Positions 24,172-36,265 of a stretch of DNA of 64,000 bases are shown here, in pieces. Below the pieces are notes generated by a model that was not told the DNA's origin, made no database searches, and saw only the letters and a list, made by a program, of their open reading frames with translations. The translations under genes and the position numbers were made by a program. Every line of letters begins with the position of its first letter. Within the stretch, counting starts at the first letter, position 1. Origin of the DNA: Rhizodiscina lignyota (taxonomy: Eukaryota); contig ML978121.1 of NCBI GenBank assembly GCA_010015805.1, forward strand, positions 3,038,001 through 3,102,000, given 5' to 3'.

Positions 24172-26463
24172 CTACGCATCATCATCCTCATCCCACGACT
24201 CTGGCACCTCGGCCCAACCACAGCCCCATCTTCGACCCTCTACCTCTCCGCCCATTCTCAGTTCTCTCGCCTTCTCTCCTTCCTTCCACACTCTCACACT
24301 GTAATCGTCGCTTAGACTCACCAGGTCCCCTCGACTCGTCCAGGACACGCTCGTGACCTCTCTCTCGTGGCCGCGCACCAGCGGCGTGCCAAGCTCGTAG
24401 ATGGGGATCGTGTCGGCCGGACGCGTCTGCAAGCTGGTGCTGCTGAGCATGCGACGCATGGCGGGGCGGGAGGGCAGTGATTGGGAGACTTCGGAAATGG
24501 TTGAATTCAGGGACGGGAGGTCATCGTCGTCCTCGTCCTCGTCCTCCTGAGGTACGGGTCTGTTGAGGAACTTCTCGTCGGTGGGGAAGAGCACAGGGCA
24601 CGCATCGCTGCTGCCAACGGCGAGGAGCTCGGGCTGGGAATCAGTGGCTTTGCGGAGCGCGGCTTTGACATAGAAGGATGTGGCGTGGAAGCGGGGGTGG
24701 CGGAAGCCGTAGATTGGGCCGAGTCCTGTCTTTCCGGTGCTTCGGTATTGTGGTGTGGAACTAGGTGAGATGGATAGTTCAGGTGCACTGCCTAGGATGA
24801 GGTGGGATGTGGAGTACGCATAGATAGTGCTGTCTCTGCTGAGGGTGTAGAAGCGGGACTCGTCACTGTTCAAAAGAATGGAGTTGATACCGTAGTGCCG
24901 GTGGGCACTGTGGGCGTCGGGTAGAGCGGTATACGAGATAGGAGTGGGAACGTTGTACCGTGTACACCGGCCACGGATGTCCCAGAGTCGGACACTGGTT
25001 GATGCCTCAGAACCAGTCAAGAGCAGATGCTCTCTGCCCTGACCGAGGAATGCAATAGAAGTGATTGAAATGTCGCCACGTCGGCCAACCAGTATACCAG
25101 GGGGTGGAATGTCCCTGTCGAAGATTAGTTTAAGATTGATGACAAGCTCGAAAGGGGAATACCTTGATTTTGTTTGTGGAGGAAGTACTTGCTGAAGCGG
25201 CTTCACTTCCGCATGAGCGTCTGGGATGGTATTGTAAGTATTCAAGTGAAGCGGCTTCTCGAACCGGAGTAGCCCGCCCGTAGATGGGTCTCGAAGTTGG
25301 ATGACTTCTCGCCTGCCACTGCAGCGCAGGTCCCAGAATAACACATTCCCATCTCGACCCGAAGTCGCCAACACATTGTTGTTGCCCGGCTGGAAGCGGA
25401 CCTGTCTAACGGTGGAGATGTGCCCAGATAGAACGAACTTAATTTTTGACGTGGTTAAGTCTGTGATGTGCACTTGCTGGTCGCCTGATGCTGATGCTAA
25501 TAGGGCATCGTCGGGGGAGAAAGCAATATCCATGACAGCATTGCTGTGTGAATTCAGGTGAAGGGGCGTATGGACCTGGTTTTGCGAGTTGGTCATCGTT
25601 GAGTTTAGGCACATTATTCCTCCAAACTCGTCACCGACAGCAATGAGGTCATTGCCTAGTGTGGTAATTAGCGTATATTCATCTTCAGTTTATCTTGGAA
25701 ATTGGGAGAAGGTCCCTCACAATTACCGCTCGCAACGCAGAATGGAAGGTAAGGCGATTGAAACGGATAGCGATATCCTGGCTCAGAATAGAAGTTGGTT
25801 GTCTGATGTCCCCAGCCTGCTTCAGTTAGAGAGAGTAAAAATTAAGCGGCACACAGTGTACGTACCAGAACAATGATCCTGCTTCATCCCTCGACCAAGA
25901 GCACTTGCCCCGCCGAAAGAGCGGGATACAATACGTCCGTTGACCCCCAAGCATTTCGCCCTACGCACAGGCTTTGGGAATACAGGCTCGGATAAGAGAC
26001 TGTTCGAAATGATACGATTATCTGATCCTGCCTCTATTTCCTCCTCAATGTCCTCAAAGACACTGATGTCAGAGCCATTCGAACCTCTCCTTCTTAGCGG
26101 TGAGGACTGCAGCGGCGAGCTTTCTGGAGTCGCAAGGCCTTTCCTCCTCTTCCTCGAGCTAAGTTGTGGTGTCTGCACAGTATCCTGATTGGTGTCGATG
26201 TCCTCGAACAAAGTCCTCTTTCCCAATGCCGAACTATTGGACGCACCACTACCACTTCTTCGATTGGCACCGCTACGCGTGATATCTCGCAATTGGCGGC
26301 CTGATTTCCCCAAAGCTCTTGAGGACGACATGCTCGCACTCGTCCGCGGGGTGAAGAAGCGATTGAAGCGTTTCGGCGTGATAGGAGGCGGCTTTTTGGG
26401 CTTCCTGCTCGTCCTGCTGGCGGGCATGCTGGGAGGCGATGACGAGGCATGATTGGACGACAT
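24172..26463 (-). CDS. CDT2: WD40 DCAF Cdt2/DTL-like protein, multi-exon
   Basis: N-terminal PPITPKRFNRFFTP. WD repeats HSNAVMDIAFSPDDALLASASGDQ, LATSGRDGNVLFWDLR, VRLWDIR, SFYVKA, LAVGSSD and GHEREVTSVSW. Confidence 0.8.
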
Positions 26464-26776
26464 ATCGATATTCTCGTTAGCAGGGCATGGAGAGCATGCT
26501 GTAGGCTGCTTGTCCCCCATTGTTGATTGGAGTCTGGCTGAAGGTTAACTTGTCTAAGGTCATGTATAATGGAAAGGCTGGTAAGACGAGATTGTCGGGG
26601 ATGGCTCAGAAGGGAAGATGTATTGCTGCACGTCCACGTCGACGCGCACGCGAGCCGACGCGACACCCCTGCACCGCTGATTCAGCCACCCAAAGAAAAA
26701 TCCACTCTCACCTTGGCATGCCCCTCCACCAACCCCACCACAGGCACCATCGAGCATTTGTTGAAATATAACCAAA

Positions 26777-27378
26777 ATGCCATTTCTTCCGACCAGCCAG
26801 CAATGGCTGGAGCAGTCCTCCCTACTGCTGAAAGCGAGGCCGAGCACCGTAAGCACGTGCTCCAAGCCTTTCTCCGCAGACCGCTAATCCCCGTCATCGA
26901 TAGACGAAAATCACAACTCGCTATACTGTCGAAGACTCGAAATCAACAGGCTCAAAACGCAAGAGAAGGACTGCAGATGCGTCAGGGACCGACACGGACG
27001 CCCCAGCCGCGCCCAAGGCTGTGCTCATTCTCAAGACATTTGATCCTGCATCCGGCGTATGCTTGAAGTACCAGACGCAGAAGGCACAGGAAGTCGGAAG
27101 ATTAGTAGGAGCCTTGGGTCGATTGAGCAGGAACATGGCTGCGTTACCAGAAACTGCTGAAGGTATCATTGAATTTGAGATTTGCCAAGGATCATCGATG
27201 ATGCTGATGTTTCACAGAGCCAATGTTGGATGCGCCAACAGCGGAGCAAGGTACAGGCACCAGTACTCCAATACCAGAACCTGCAGCAAAGGACGGAAGG
27301 ACTGCTGCAGATCCGAAGGCCGGACAAGGCGCAGGTGGTGGTGGAGGAGGAAAGAAGAAGAAGAAAGGCAAGAAATGA
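26777..27378 (+). CDS. SRP21: Signal recognition particle Alu-domain subunit SRP9/Srp21 (3 exons)
   Basis: MPFLPTSQQWLEQSSLLLKARPST/TKITTRY, LILKTFDPASGVCLKYQTQKAQEVGRL and a C-terminal GGGGKKKKKGKK. Confidence 0.85.
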
Positions 27379-27851
27379 GCTCTCCCGAAAGCATTACAAT
27401 GTGTTTAAATATTTTCGAACAAGGTTTGCAGTGAATGCAACTATATTACATGCTGAGAATGCCGAATCCTCCAGAACGCCGTTTCCTCGTCGTATCTTAC
27501 ATCGTCTGAAAGCTTCATAATTTCGTCATGTGACCGCTTCATACTTTTATGCCTAACAGCGTCTCTTTGGAGAACAGCCACCGGGGCTCCTCCAATATAG
27601 ATCATTGAAGTAAGGCATCTGCTGCTATTCCCCCTGCAGCAATGTGGATGCCGCTTGCGGATCGTGAGTGTGGCGATCGTCCATGGATATTGATCCAACC
27701 CAAAGAGGGCTTATAGACGATGGGGCATTCGTAGGGACGATGAGTCCATCGTTATAGCCATATCCACCTGGAGATGAGCCCACTCGATGCTGACGCTTCT
27801 TTCCCCTTTTAAATTACGGATGTGCAGTAACACACTTGCCTGGCTCGCTCA

Positions 27852-28622
27852 TTATCCTTTCAACAACCCATTAACCCTCTCAATTCTCTTTACGGCGCTC
27901 TCCAGTCTTTCCAGTCTCTTCCGCTTATCCCCGTCTCTCTTCTCAAGGACCTCCACCCTCTCTTCCAGCTTAGCCCGGGCCTTCCGCTCCGTCGCAACCA
28001 TCTCATTCGCTTGCTGGAAGAGCTGCGCGCTTAACTCTTCCAGCTCGCCGCTCATCTGCGTGACCTTCGTCTCCGCCTGCTGCCGCGCCTCCAACTCACG
28101 CTGCAGTGCTTCCTGCAGCTCGACTTCACGGACTGATGTTGGTCGGGAGGAGGAATTGCCATTAGCCGGGGAGGCCTTGCGGGAGCCTAGGAGGGACGAG
28201 AAGCGGCTTTGTGTCGGAGGTCTCGAAGGCTCTTGAGCGCCATCGGCGTCTTGTCCCACTGAGCCAAGGAGATTTGTATCGGAGGAAGTGACGAGATTGT
28301 TGATGCTGCCGCGCGCCGATTGTTTGCTCTTCAGTCGCCGTAGCTCATCTTCGTAGTCGGCGAGCTTGTCCACTAAGGCACATTTTAGAATCATAGTTAC
28401 ATCAATGTCGCGCGATAGCAACGTACCAGCAGCAGTAGCTTTATCCGTGAGAATCTTCACCTGCGCCTCCAATTCCGCAATGCGCCGCTGCGCATCCTTC
28501 GGCAGCCGCTCTGGGGCCAGCGAATACGGCGCGCCGCAGTTGGAGCAGGCACTCGAGAGCGGCGGAGGGCTACCTGAGCTCACTTCGACAGGGCGAGCAT
28601 ACGCGGTTGTAACAGTCGACAT
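27852..28622 (-). CDS. Short coiled-coil protein with Sec2p (Rab GEF)-type domain
   Basis: ELEELSAQLFQQANEMVATERKAR is the Sec2/Rabin8 coiled-coil signature. One in-frame ~54-nt intron. Confidence 0.8.
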   Translation of the reverse strand: MSTVTTAYARPVEVSSGSPPPLSSACSNCGAPYSLAPERLPKDAQRRIAELEAQVKILTDKATAAGTLLSRDIDVTMILKCALVDKLADYEDELRRLKSKQSARGSINNLVTSSDTNLLGSVGQDADGAQEPSRPPTQSRFSSLLGSRKASPANGNSSSRPTSVREVELQEALQRELEARQQAETKVTQMSGELEELSAQLFQQANEMVATERKARAKLEERVEVLEKRDGDKRKRLERLESAVKRIERVNGLLKG

Positions 28623-28913
28623 TCCAGGCGCGAGATTTCTTGTGTGGTGCGAAGACGCCGTTGGGCAGTCATATGTGAGAGGCAGAGGGGAATAAAGGAG
28701 GCGTAGTCTTTAAGTCGAGGTGTCAATAATGTTCACATGCGCCTCCTCGCTACGAGGCCGCCGTGGCGTCAGTGTGGCTTGAACCCGGGATCGACAGTGC
28801 AGCGCATTGTCCGCTGCACCCCTGTCGAGAAAAGTTGAGATAGAATTGCGCGTTAGACAGTGTCAGTTCCAGCATCATCGAGCTCGCAAAGTGCTTGGAT
28901 CAGAACCTCGTCA

Positions 28914-31469
28914 ATGAATTCAATATGTATACTTTGCAGGCTCAAGCTCATCTCCTCCGCGGGCTCAATTCGCGCGAGTCAGCGATCCATTCAAGCCCTC
29001 GTGCCTCAGACGAGAAGCGCAGCACTCCGTATCCCTAGGCATGCGCGGTCTTTTGCCTCCAGGTCAGCGCGTCTCTCGAAGTCAAGAGTTACGGCACCGC
29101 CCGAAGATACATCTGGAGCAGACATACAGCAGAGCGATCAGCAGCCTGACACCCTACCGCACCAAACTGAAGCTACCGCGCGGCGAGCTCGACGGAAGTT
29201 CGGTGATGCATTACCAGAAGGACTCTTGAACAATGAAGAGCTGGGGGCCTATGAGAAGCTCTACGGGCCACCAGAGAGAATAGTCCTGGAGACGGAATCA
29301 GCGGGACAAGAGCCGAATGCACAGCAGGTGCAAGTGGAGGGCCGCACGACGCTTCATGTCGAGGGTTTGGATAGCACATTTGAAGAGGTAGAAACTATCT
29401 TCGAAACTCGAAGGAATGGGGTGGAAGACACAAGAGCTGCAAAGGTCGCAGGCTTACTGGATGAATTTGACCTCTCGGAGGCTGAGAAGAGCCTCCTTGC
29501 AGAGTACGCGGAGGTCGAAGAGCGTTTTGAGAATGGCCATCAATTGACAGCGGAAGACGAGACAGTCCTTCGTAACAGGGAAGCTCAAGAACTGATGAGA
29601 ACGGTGCAAGGGTATGAAGAGGATATGGATGGTGAAGACGACATCGAATACGATCCTGCAAGGCCACGGGATGAGGACGAGGACGATGCAGACATATGGC
29701 CAGGCGATGAAGAACGTCTCAGAACCCACCCATACACCAAGCTCGGCCGCTTTTGTACCAGCCCGACGACTATCCAATTCCCAAAGGCAACATTCCTTGA
29801 ACCGGTGAAACAGGCCATCGCTCCCGCAACAACGAGACAAATGCGTAACCACGCTGAGAGTATCTTTGATGGACCTGGGCTTCCGTACTCCCCATCCACA
29901 CCGCGAAGAAGCCGCACAATGGAGCAGAGGCCGATTCCACTCCAGGCAGGGCAGAGGAGCATGAGTGATATGGACAGCTATGTTTATTGTGCGACTGTCA
30001 TGCCGGGTGTCTACGCGAGCGCCCTAAGCGTTCTTACGGAGATTAGGAAAAGGTTAGGGAGTAGATGGCTCCGCGATATGATGGCACAAGATGGTGGACC
30101 CGTCGTACTCGACGCAGGAGCTGGAGGAGCTGGCGTGCTCGCTTGGAGAGACATCGTGAAGGCGGAATGGGAAGCAATGCAAGAGGAGGATGCACCAGAG
30201 CCTACTCTAGAATCACCAACTGGAGTTAGCACATCTAAACAAGGACAAGCTGGCAAAGCAACTGTTCTGACGGCTTCTGATGCTCTCCGACACCGAGTAA
30301 GCACACTTCTGGACAATACCACCTTCCTGCCTCGACTACCTGAAGCCGTCCATCTCGACGGTGCAGAGAAGCGAAAACGGTATGATATCATCATTGCCAC
30401 GCATACCCTCTGGCCCATCGACAAAGATTATATGCGAAAGACGCAGGTTGACACTCTTTGGAGCCTACTCAAGCCCAGCGGTGGTGTACTCGTGCTCATC
30501 GAGAAAGGAGTGCCGCGTGGTTTTGAAGTCATCGCTGGGGCCAGAGAGCATTTACTCAAGCGACACATCGCTGATCCTCTTGAGTCTGTCGACAAGAACG
30601 TGATGGATGAGAGGAGAATTCCGAAGGAAGAAGGCATGATCATCGCACCTTGCACAAATCACACCAAGTGTCCAATGTATCCTGTCCCTGGTGTCAGCAG
30701 GGCCAGGAAAGACTGGTGCCATTTCAGCCAACGCTTCATTCGGCCTCCGTTCTTGCAGCACATCCTCGGCGCGCGACAGATCAACCACGACGACGTGGAG
30801 TTCAGCTATCTCGCCGTATCTCGGGGCACAGATCTCCGTAACACTTCGTCAGAGGAGCAGAGCCCAATCCCATCGGAGGACGACGCGCTCGAAGGAGACT
30901 TTTTGCCGGTAGAGCAAGGGCCTGAAGCCACCAACCGCGCATACAACGGCTTCGAGCATCATAGCATAACTCTCAACTCCCCTGCGACGGCTTCTGGATT
31001 ACCAGCCGATACACTGCAGACTTCCGCTCTACATCACTCGCTCACCCTCCCTCGACTCATCCTGCCACCGCTCAAACGCCCGAAACATGTCATCCTTGAT
31101 GTGTGCACACCATCCGGCACTCTGGAACGATGGACAGTCACGAAGTCGTTCTCACGGCAGGCATATCGCGACGCGCGCAAGAGTGCCTGGGGCGACCTGT
31201 GGGCCCTGGGTGCGAAAAGCAGGGCGTGGAAGAGGGTGAATTTAGGGAAGAAAGTGAGTGGGATTATAACGGGCGATGACAAAAAGTCAGGCAAAAGCAT
31301 TGATATCGAGCGGTACTATGGTATCACGTCCGTAGCTGAGCTTGCGGAGAATAGCAGAGAGTCGATGCAGAGAGACGCAGTTGAGAAGGAGAAAGAAAAG
31401 CCGAAGTGGATGAAGAAGATAGAGAGGAGGAAAGAAATCAGAAGAACGAGAAAGATGATGGATATCTAG
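28914..31469 (+). CDS. RSM22: Mitochondrial small-subunit assembly factor Rsm22 (METTL17 family)
   Basis: Arg/Ser-rich presequence-like N-terminus, VLDAGAGG, GGVLVLIEKGVPRGFE, IIAPCTNHTKCPM, CHFSQRF, PRLILPPLKR, LDVCTPSG and YRDARKSAWGDLW. Confidence 0.92.
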   Translation: MNSICILCRLKLISSAGSIRASQRSIQALVPQTRSAALRIPRHARSFASRSARLSKSRVTAPPEDTSGADIQQSDQQPDTLPHQTEATARRARRKFGDALPEGLLNNEELGAYEKLYGPPERIVLETESAGQEPNAQQVQVEGRTTLHVEGLDSTFEEVETIFETRRNGVEDTRAAKVAGLLDEFDLSEAEKSLLAEYAEVEERFENGHQLTAEDETVLRNREAQELMRTVQGYEEDMDGEDDIEYDPARPRDEDEDDADIWPGDEERLRTHPYTKLGRFCTSPTTIQFPKATFLEPVKQAIAPATTRQMRNHAESIFDGPGLPYSPSTPRRSRTMEQRPIPLQAGQRSMSDMDSYVYCATVMPGVYASALSVLTEIRKRLGSRWLRDMMAQDGGPVVLDAGAGGAGVLAWRDIVKAEWEAMQEEDAPEPTLESPTGVSTSKQGQAGKATVLTASDALRHRVSTLLDNTTFLPRLPEAVHLDGAEKRKRYDIIIATHTLWPIDKDYMRKTQVDTLWSLLKPSGGVLVLIEKGVPRGFEVIAGAREHLLKRHIADPLESVDKNVMDERRIPKEEGMIIAPCTNHTKCPMYPVPGVSRARKDWCHFSQRFIRPPFLQHILGARQINHDDVEFSYLAVSRGTDLRNTSSEEQSPIPSEDDALEGDFLPVEQGPEATNRAYNGFEHHSITLNSPATASGLPADTLQTSALHHSLTLPRLILPPLKRPKHVILDVCTPSGTLERWTVTKSFSRQAYRDARKSAWGDLWALGAKSRAWKRVNLGKKVSGIITGDDKKSGKSIDIERYYGITSVAELAENSRESMQRDAVEKEKEKPKWMKKIERRKEIRRTRKMMDI

Positions 31470-32343
31470 TGGAGCGGAGGAGATATGACAGGAGAGATCA
31501 ATCATGACATTGTAAAATATATGTATTCGTAGAAAGTGTATAGAAAGGCAAACAAATAGTCTGCTCCGGGTTCAAAGTCACGAGAACACACTTCTAAAGT
31601 TTCCCACTTAGGGCCAATGGCGAGGAGCACAAAGATGAAGAGGTCCGTCGACATCTTGGTGAAGGCGGCCACATTTTCGCTCGACTTCGCCGTTAAATCT
31701 TTACGAAATCTGGCGCCGAGAGACTGAAAGTCAGAGAGTAACGGAGGTAAGTCGTAGTGCTGTGGTGTGAGCTTCGGAGATATTGCAAAGGCAAGACCAC
31801 ACACGGAGAGGTGATTTGCCTTGTTTGGCCCGATATACATTTCATTTCCTCTATCCTTTCATCCGCGCGAGCACAGGATTACAGTAGTGAAGTATGTAGA
31901 TATTCCGTGTCGGTATTTCAAATCCTTGTCAGGTCTTTGGTGGTCCCACGTCGGATGTCGTGCAGCGCGACTTACTGTAGTACTCTAAGTGCAACACTGA
32001 AGCCGTTATCTGGCCCTCTTCATCCCTTACTCTTATCACTAATGCTAACAATATTGGAATAGATCTGGAGAAATAAGGTTATTAAAAGCTACAATATATT
32101 TCGTGATTTTAAAAATATGGAACAAGTTCCTTAGTTTTACTATCTTGACTTCATCCGATTTACCCCTCCGTGATACTTAACCCCGCCCCGTTTACTCCGT
32201 ATCTCACTTCCTTTCTCACGAGCAACGTGTCAATTGATCGTTTTCTCTTGTCTTACACTTTACTACTTGAATTACAATTACCAGCCGAGTCTCTCAGAAT
32301 CATTCGAAACGCGTCCCCCGTTTTCGTGTCTTGATACGCCAAA

Positions 32344-32795
32344 ATGGTCTACCACGTCTCAGGTCTGTCCACACCTTGATATCAAAATGAGGCCCCACGT
32401 ACTCAGGCTGACTGTGAGAAGTCATTTATCCGAAGGACTCGGTACATGTTGCAACTTTTAGTTTAATTTATTCTGTTTAATATTCTGATTGTTAGAATTA
32501 GGACTCCACCTTCGACATGGATTACTATTTGAAGACACACATGCCGCTTGTCGCTAAATCTTGGGGTCAATATGGCTTTCAACAGTACCAGGTCATTCAG
32601 TACAACCCAAACCCGGTCGACAGCTCTGAGCCGGTGTTCAGCGTCAAGTGCGATCTGACCTTCAAGGACGCCGCTTCCTACAAGAAGGCGCTGGAGAGCC
32701 CCGAAGCCGGGGACGTTTTTGGTGATGTGCCGAAGTTCAGCAATAAGGGACCGCACCTTGTGGCCGGCGATGTCAAGGCAACTGTGCAGGTGTAA
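32344..32795 (+). CDS. EthD-family dimeric alpha-beta barrel protein (3 exons)
   Basis: Spliced product MVYHVSVIYPKDSDSTFDMDYYLKTHMPLV...DVPKFSNKGP is a typical EthD pattern. Confidence 0.85.
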
Positions 32796-33490
32796 GTGTA
32801 GGTTCTTCTCCAATTCGGTTTTGGTAGAGGAAAGGCAGGTGGATGTGAATGCTCGTAAAGCCTTGTGTGGATGCTAATTGTATAAAAGCAGGTCGCGACG
32901 ATGGTGGAAGTTGTGATTATTGAACGATACGAAATGAAACACAGGTCAAAGCTGTGTACGAGGTCGAACTGCAGTTATAGCCACCAATAGAGACCTGTCA
33001 TTTCCAGTTATCAAATTGCAGACATATCCCAAAATCGGTTTCACATATGCTTCAGATTGACAGCGTTCTCCGCAACGCTTTCAACTCTTTGAGATCGTCT
33101 GAATACCAAGGCTGGATCCACAAGAGAAGCGGCACTGGAGAACAAATTCTGCTGTATCTTGAGTCTTGCTGTGAGACATAATCAGTGGTGCCGTCACATG
33201 TCCGATTCTGCACCTTTGCGAGTTTCTACTAGAGTCGGGGAGTGACATTTCGATAGCCACCTGGGATTAGGGGAAGTCTGATTGGGTTGCGGGATTCACC
33301 CGACGTTTAGCCGTATTCCGGCCCGGTCTCCGGGGCGATTGCGATGACTTCACTTCGGCTGGATCCCGTCAACATCGCCGACAACTTTTCGCGCGTGCAA
33401 CTGCGACCTGTGCTACCACAAGCAATCCCCGAACTTACTGATCGGCCGCGTATCATGGCTGCGGATGGATGTTCTTCTGGATCCAAGAGC

Positions 33491-36265
33491 ATGCGAATTG
33501 TTCCACTTGATCAGCTAGGCGAAGTCCCTCAGCCCACGCTCCAATCACTCCCCGATGAGCTGTTCGATGTTGTGCTTGAGCTCTTACCTCGGCGTACGCT
33601 CTTCGATCTCAGTCTTACCTCGCGGTGGGGATACTCTCGTGCAGTCGGACATATATGGAAGGATGTCGAGCTTGTGGACAGAGGCTGTTGGCGACAAGCA
33701 CCACCTGGCCGAAATCCTCCAGCGACGTTGAATGGAGAGGATGATCAAGAGGACGACAAGGAGTGGAGTCACTTGCACCCTGGGCAAATTTACGATGACC
33801 ACGATGAAACCCCTATGCTGAAAAAACTCTTCGTTCTTGCCACCAATCCCTTCGTCGCCTCGAAAGTCCGATCCATCATTCACCGGTGCCACCTGCCTGC
33901 CCTCGAACTATTTCAAGACCTTCCTGCAATCTTGCAGGAGGGCTTGATTCACTCCCGAGACTTCCTACATGATCATCGGAGGAACACCCTCTCGAGGCTT
34001 ATTCTGCAGGCTGTCGCAAACATGGACAATGTGCATACCCTGAAGATTCTATCTGGGCATTGGGCTATTGTCGAGACACTACTATGGGGATTTTTTGGGC
34101 CCAGCCGAAAATCCAGTGCGCCTGTGGTCCCTGTGAGGAAATTGTGGCTCGAAAGCTGTTCTCTGGTGAGCTATCGCTATGAGGACCTTTGGCATCGCCT
34201 CGATTTTTCTCAATTGGAGAGCTTAAGGATGCGGCGAATGTGGTTACAGTATAACTTTTCCCTTGAATATGCAAGTCGGTGTCTTCTGGCAAGAGGCACA
34301 TCCAACAGAATGGATATGCGGAACCAAACCGCAGGCTTTTACACCGTCTCGTTCGTAAAACGTGATGAAGACAATGTTGATGAGCCAAACCGCACAGCCG
34401 AATTCTTTCTCGAACTCTCGTTTCGAGAGATCATGGGACAAGCGAATAGAGCGCCTCCAGTGTCTTGGATTGCCTTCACGCAGGGCCTCGCTGGTTCGAC
34501 TACTAAGAATGGAATTCCCACGGCTCAGTTACAGTCTTCACTGAACACTGCGTATGCTCTTCAGGCGTACGATTCCATTCTTCGTTTACTTGGTCTAAGA
34601 AAGATTGGCACGATTTACACCAGCGCGGATTGGCCGATCCCAGAAATGATTCAAAAGTATCAACATTCTCGCTGGTGGAAGATGGGGCCGTCCTCGTATC
34701 CTCCCGTCTTCCATACGCTCATGTCCTCTTCGGTAACACTCACGTCTCTTTGTCTGGATTGGCTGATGTGTGGGACATTCAGTATCACGTCACCTGCGCC
34801 AGCCGCAAAGGGAACCGAATCACATAATCTCATTCAATACCTAAACAAACAACGATTTCCCAACTTACGAGCATTCCAATTACGGAATGCAATATCGAAG
34901 TATGCAGCGCTTCAAGAAAGAATCTGGCTCCTTGATAGCGGGTGTACCGATGAGCAAGAGATCGAAGACTGGAAGAAGCGTGACATGGAACAACCTTTTC
35001 CACCTCCGCACCTTAACACGGGCATGCTTGATTTTATGGAGGCACATTCGAATCTTCGGTGTCTTGCATGGCCGATGGACGCCTTCTTTCCTCCTGAGCC
35101 GTCATCTCCCGCTATTGCAGATAGGATTCGCAATGTCATTACCAACCTAGGCCGGAGCCTCGTGGATTTGCGCGTGGATGCCTTTCTCACTACGCAAGGG
35201 GAGCCTATGACCGACGATCAACAGACTGCGGAGGGAGTGGAAAAACGCGTACAGCGGCGGCGATTCATATCAGAATTTGCTGCGGAGATGCGGGCCGTAC
35301 AAAGTATCAAGGTGGAAGGAGGCATTCCCCGCGACGAGAAACGTGAAATAGCTCGAGCGTTACGCCATTGTCCTCTTTCCAAGCTTGTTTTCATTGGGGC
35401 TTCCTTCCCTCTAGCGAATACATGGGGCCCAGAGGCAATCGATCTTCTGGCCGTTGACGATGGTGGCACGCCCTATCTTTCAAGACTAGATGCAGAGGAC
35501 GAAGCCGCCATCGAAGATGCCGTTAGATTAGATCCCACTTCTGCGACTACATCGACATCAAGGTTTAGGCCATCGTATGGCTGGACGCTCGACAGTCTCC
35601 CTATGCTCTATACGATTGCACAGCATCATTGCGACACCATCAGACTGCTAAAATTTTGCGGCTATAGTGGTTGTCCAGTGCTGCAAAGACCAACTCCAAT
35701 CACGCATCCGTTAATTCATCATCTGAAGTATTTCAAAGAGCTTCGAGAACTGGTCATGTCCTTCTGGCTCCTGACATTCTACGACCAAGCTCACAGAGAC
35801 GACAGCGTCATCAAATATTGGCTGGAGATGCGAAAACCTACATCCAAGGCTCTCGTGGCCCTGCCAGGCGCTGGAAACATCGAGGATGGAGCACATGGTC
35901 CGGACGAAGATACAGCTCACGCGGACGCGCCAGATGCCGCTTCCGATGACCTAGGCTTAGCAGCCCGCATAACTTCTCCCAGCCCAGATGGCGCATCTTG
36001 GCTCTACAACAGTTTCCATCCAGACAATCTTGCGAAACAAGTCGCCAAATTCATCGGGCCACATCTAGCAAAGGAAGCAAAAGAGCGACCAGGCGGCGTG
36101 CGTGTACGCGCAAGCTTCTGCCTCGGCATCTATTGCCAGGACATCTTTGACTTTGATGTTCGGATAGGCACAGATGACAAGGTCCTTGACTTTGTTGGGC
36201 CGAGAGAGGATAGCTGGGAAGGAGGGCGGTCAGAAGACAAGTTGAAGAGGCGCAGGTGGTTTTGA
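33491..36265 (+). CDS. F-box protein with LRR-like solenoid
   Basis: LQSLPDELFDVVLELLPRRTLFDLSLTSR is an F-box, followed by repeated LxxLxL units. Start uncertain (33455 or 33491); in-frame introns possible. Confidence 0.8.
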   Translation: MRIVPLDQLGEVPQPTLQSLPDELFDVVLELLPRRTLFDLSLTSRWGYSRAVGHIWKDVELVDRGCWRQAPPGRNPPATLNGEDDQEDDKEWSHLHPGQIYDDHDETPMLKKLFVLATNPFVASKVRSIIHRCHLPALELFQDLPAILQEGLIHSRDFLHDHRRNTLSRLILQAVANMDNVHTLKILSGHWAIVETLLWGFFGPSRKSSAPVVPVRKLWLESCSLVSYRYEDLWHRLDFSQLESLRMRRMWLQYNFSLEYASRCLLARGTSNRMDMRNQTAGFYTVSFVKRDEDNVDEPNRTAEFFLELSFREIMGQANRAPPVSWIAFTQGLAGSTTKNGIPTAQLQSSLNTAYALQAYDSILRLLGLRKIGTIYTSADWPIPEMIQKYQHSRWWKMGPSSYPPVFHTLMSSSVTLTSLCLDWLMCGTFSITSPAPAAKGTESHNLIQYLNKQRFPNLRAFQLRNAISKYAALQERIWLLDSGCTDEQEIEDWKKRDMEQPFPPPHLNTGMLDFMEAHSNLRCLAWPMDAFFPPEPSSPAIADRIRNVITNLGRSLVDLRVDAFLTTQGEPMTDDQQTAEGVEKRVQRRRFISEFAAEMRAVQSIKVEGGIPRDEKREIARALRHCPLSKLVFIGASFPLANTWGPEAIDLLAVDDGGTPYLSRLDAEDEAAIEDAVRLDPTSATTSTSRFRPSYGWTLDSLPMLYTIAQHHCDTIRLLKFCGYSGCPVLQRPTPITHPLIHHLKYFKELRELVMSFWLLTFYDQAHRDDSVIKYWLEMRKPTSKALVALPGAGNIEDGAHGPDEDTAHADAPDAASDDLGLAARITSPSPDGASWLYNSFHPDNLAKQVAKFIGPHLAKEAKERPGGVRVRASFCLGIYCQDIFDFDVRIGTDDKVLDFVGPREDSWEGGRSEDKLKRRRWF

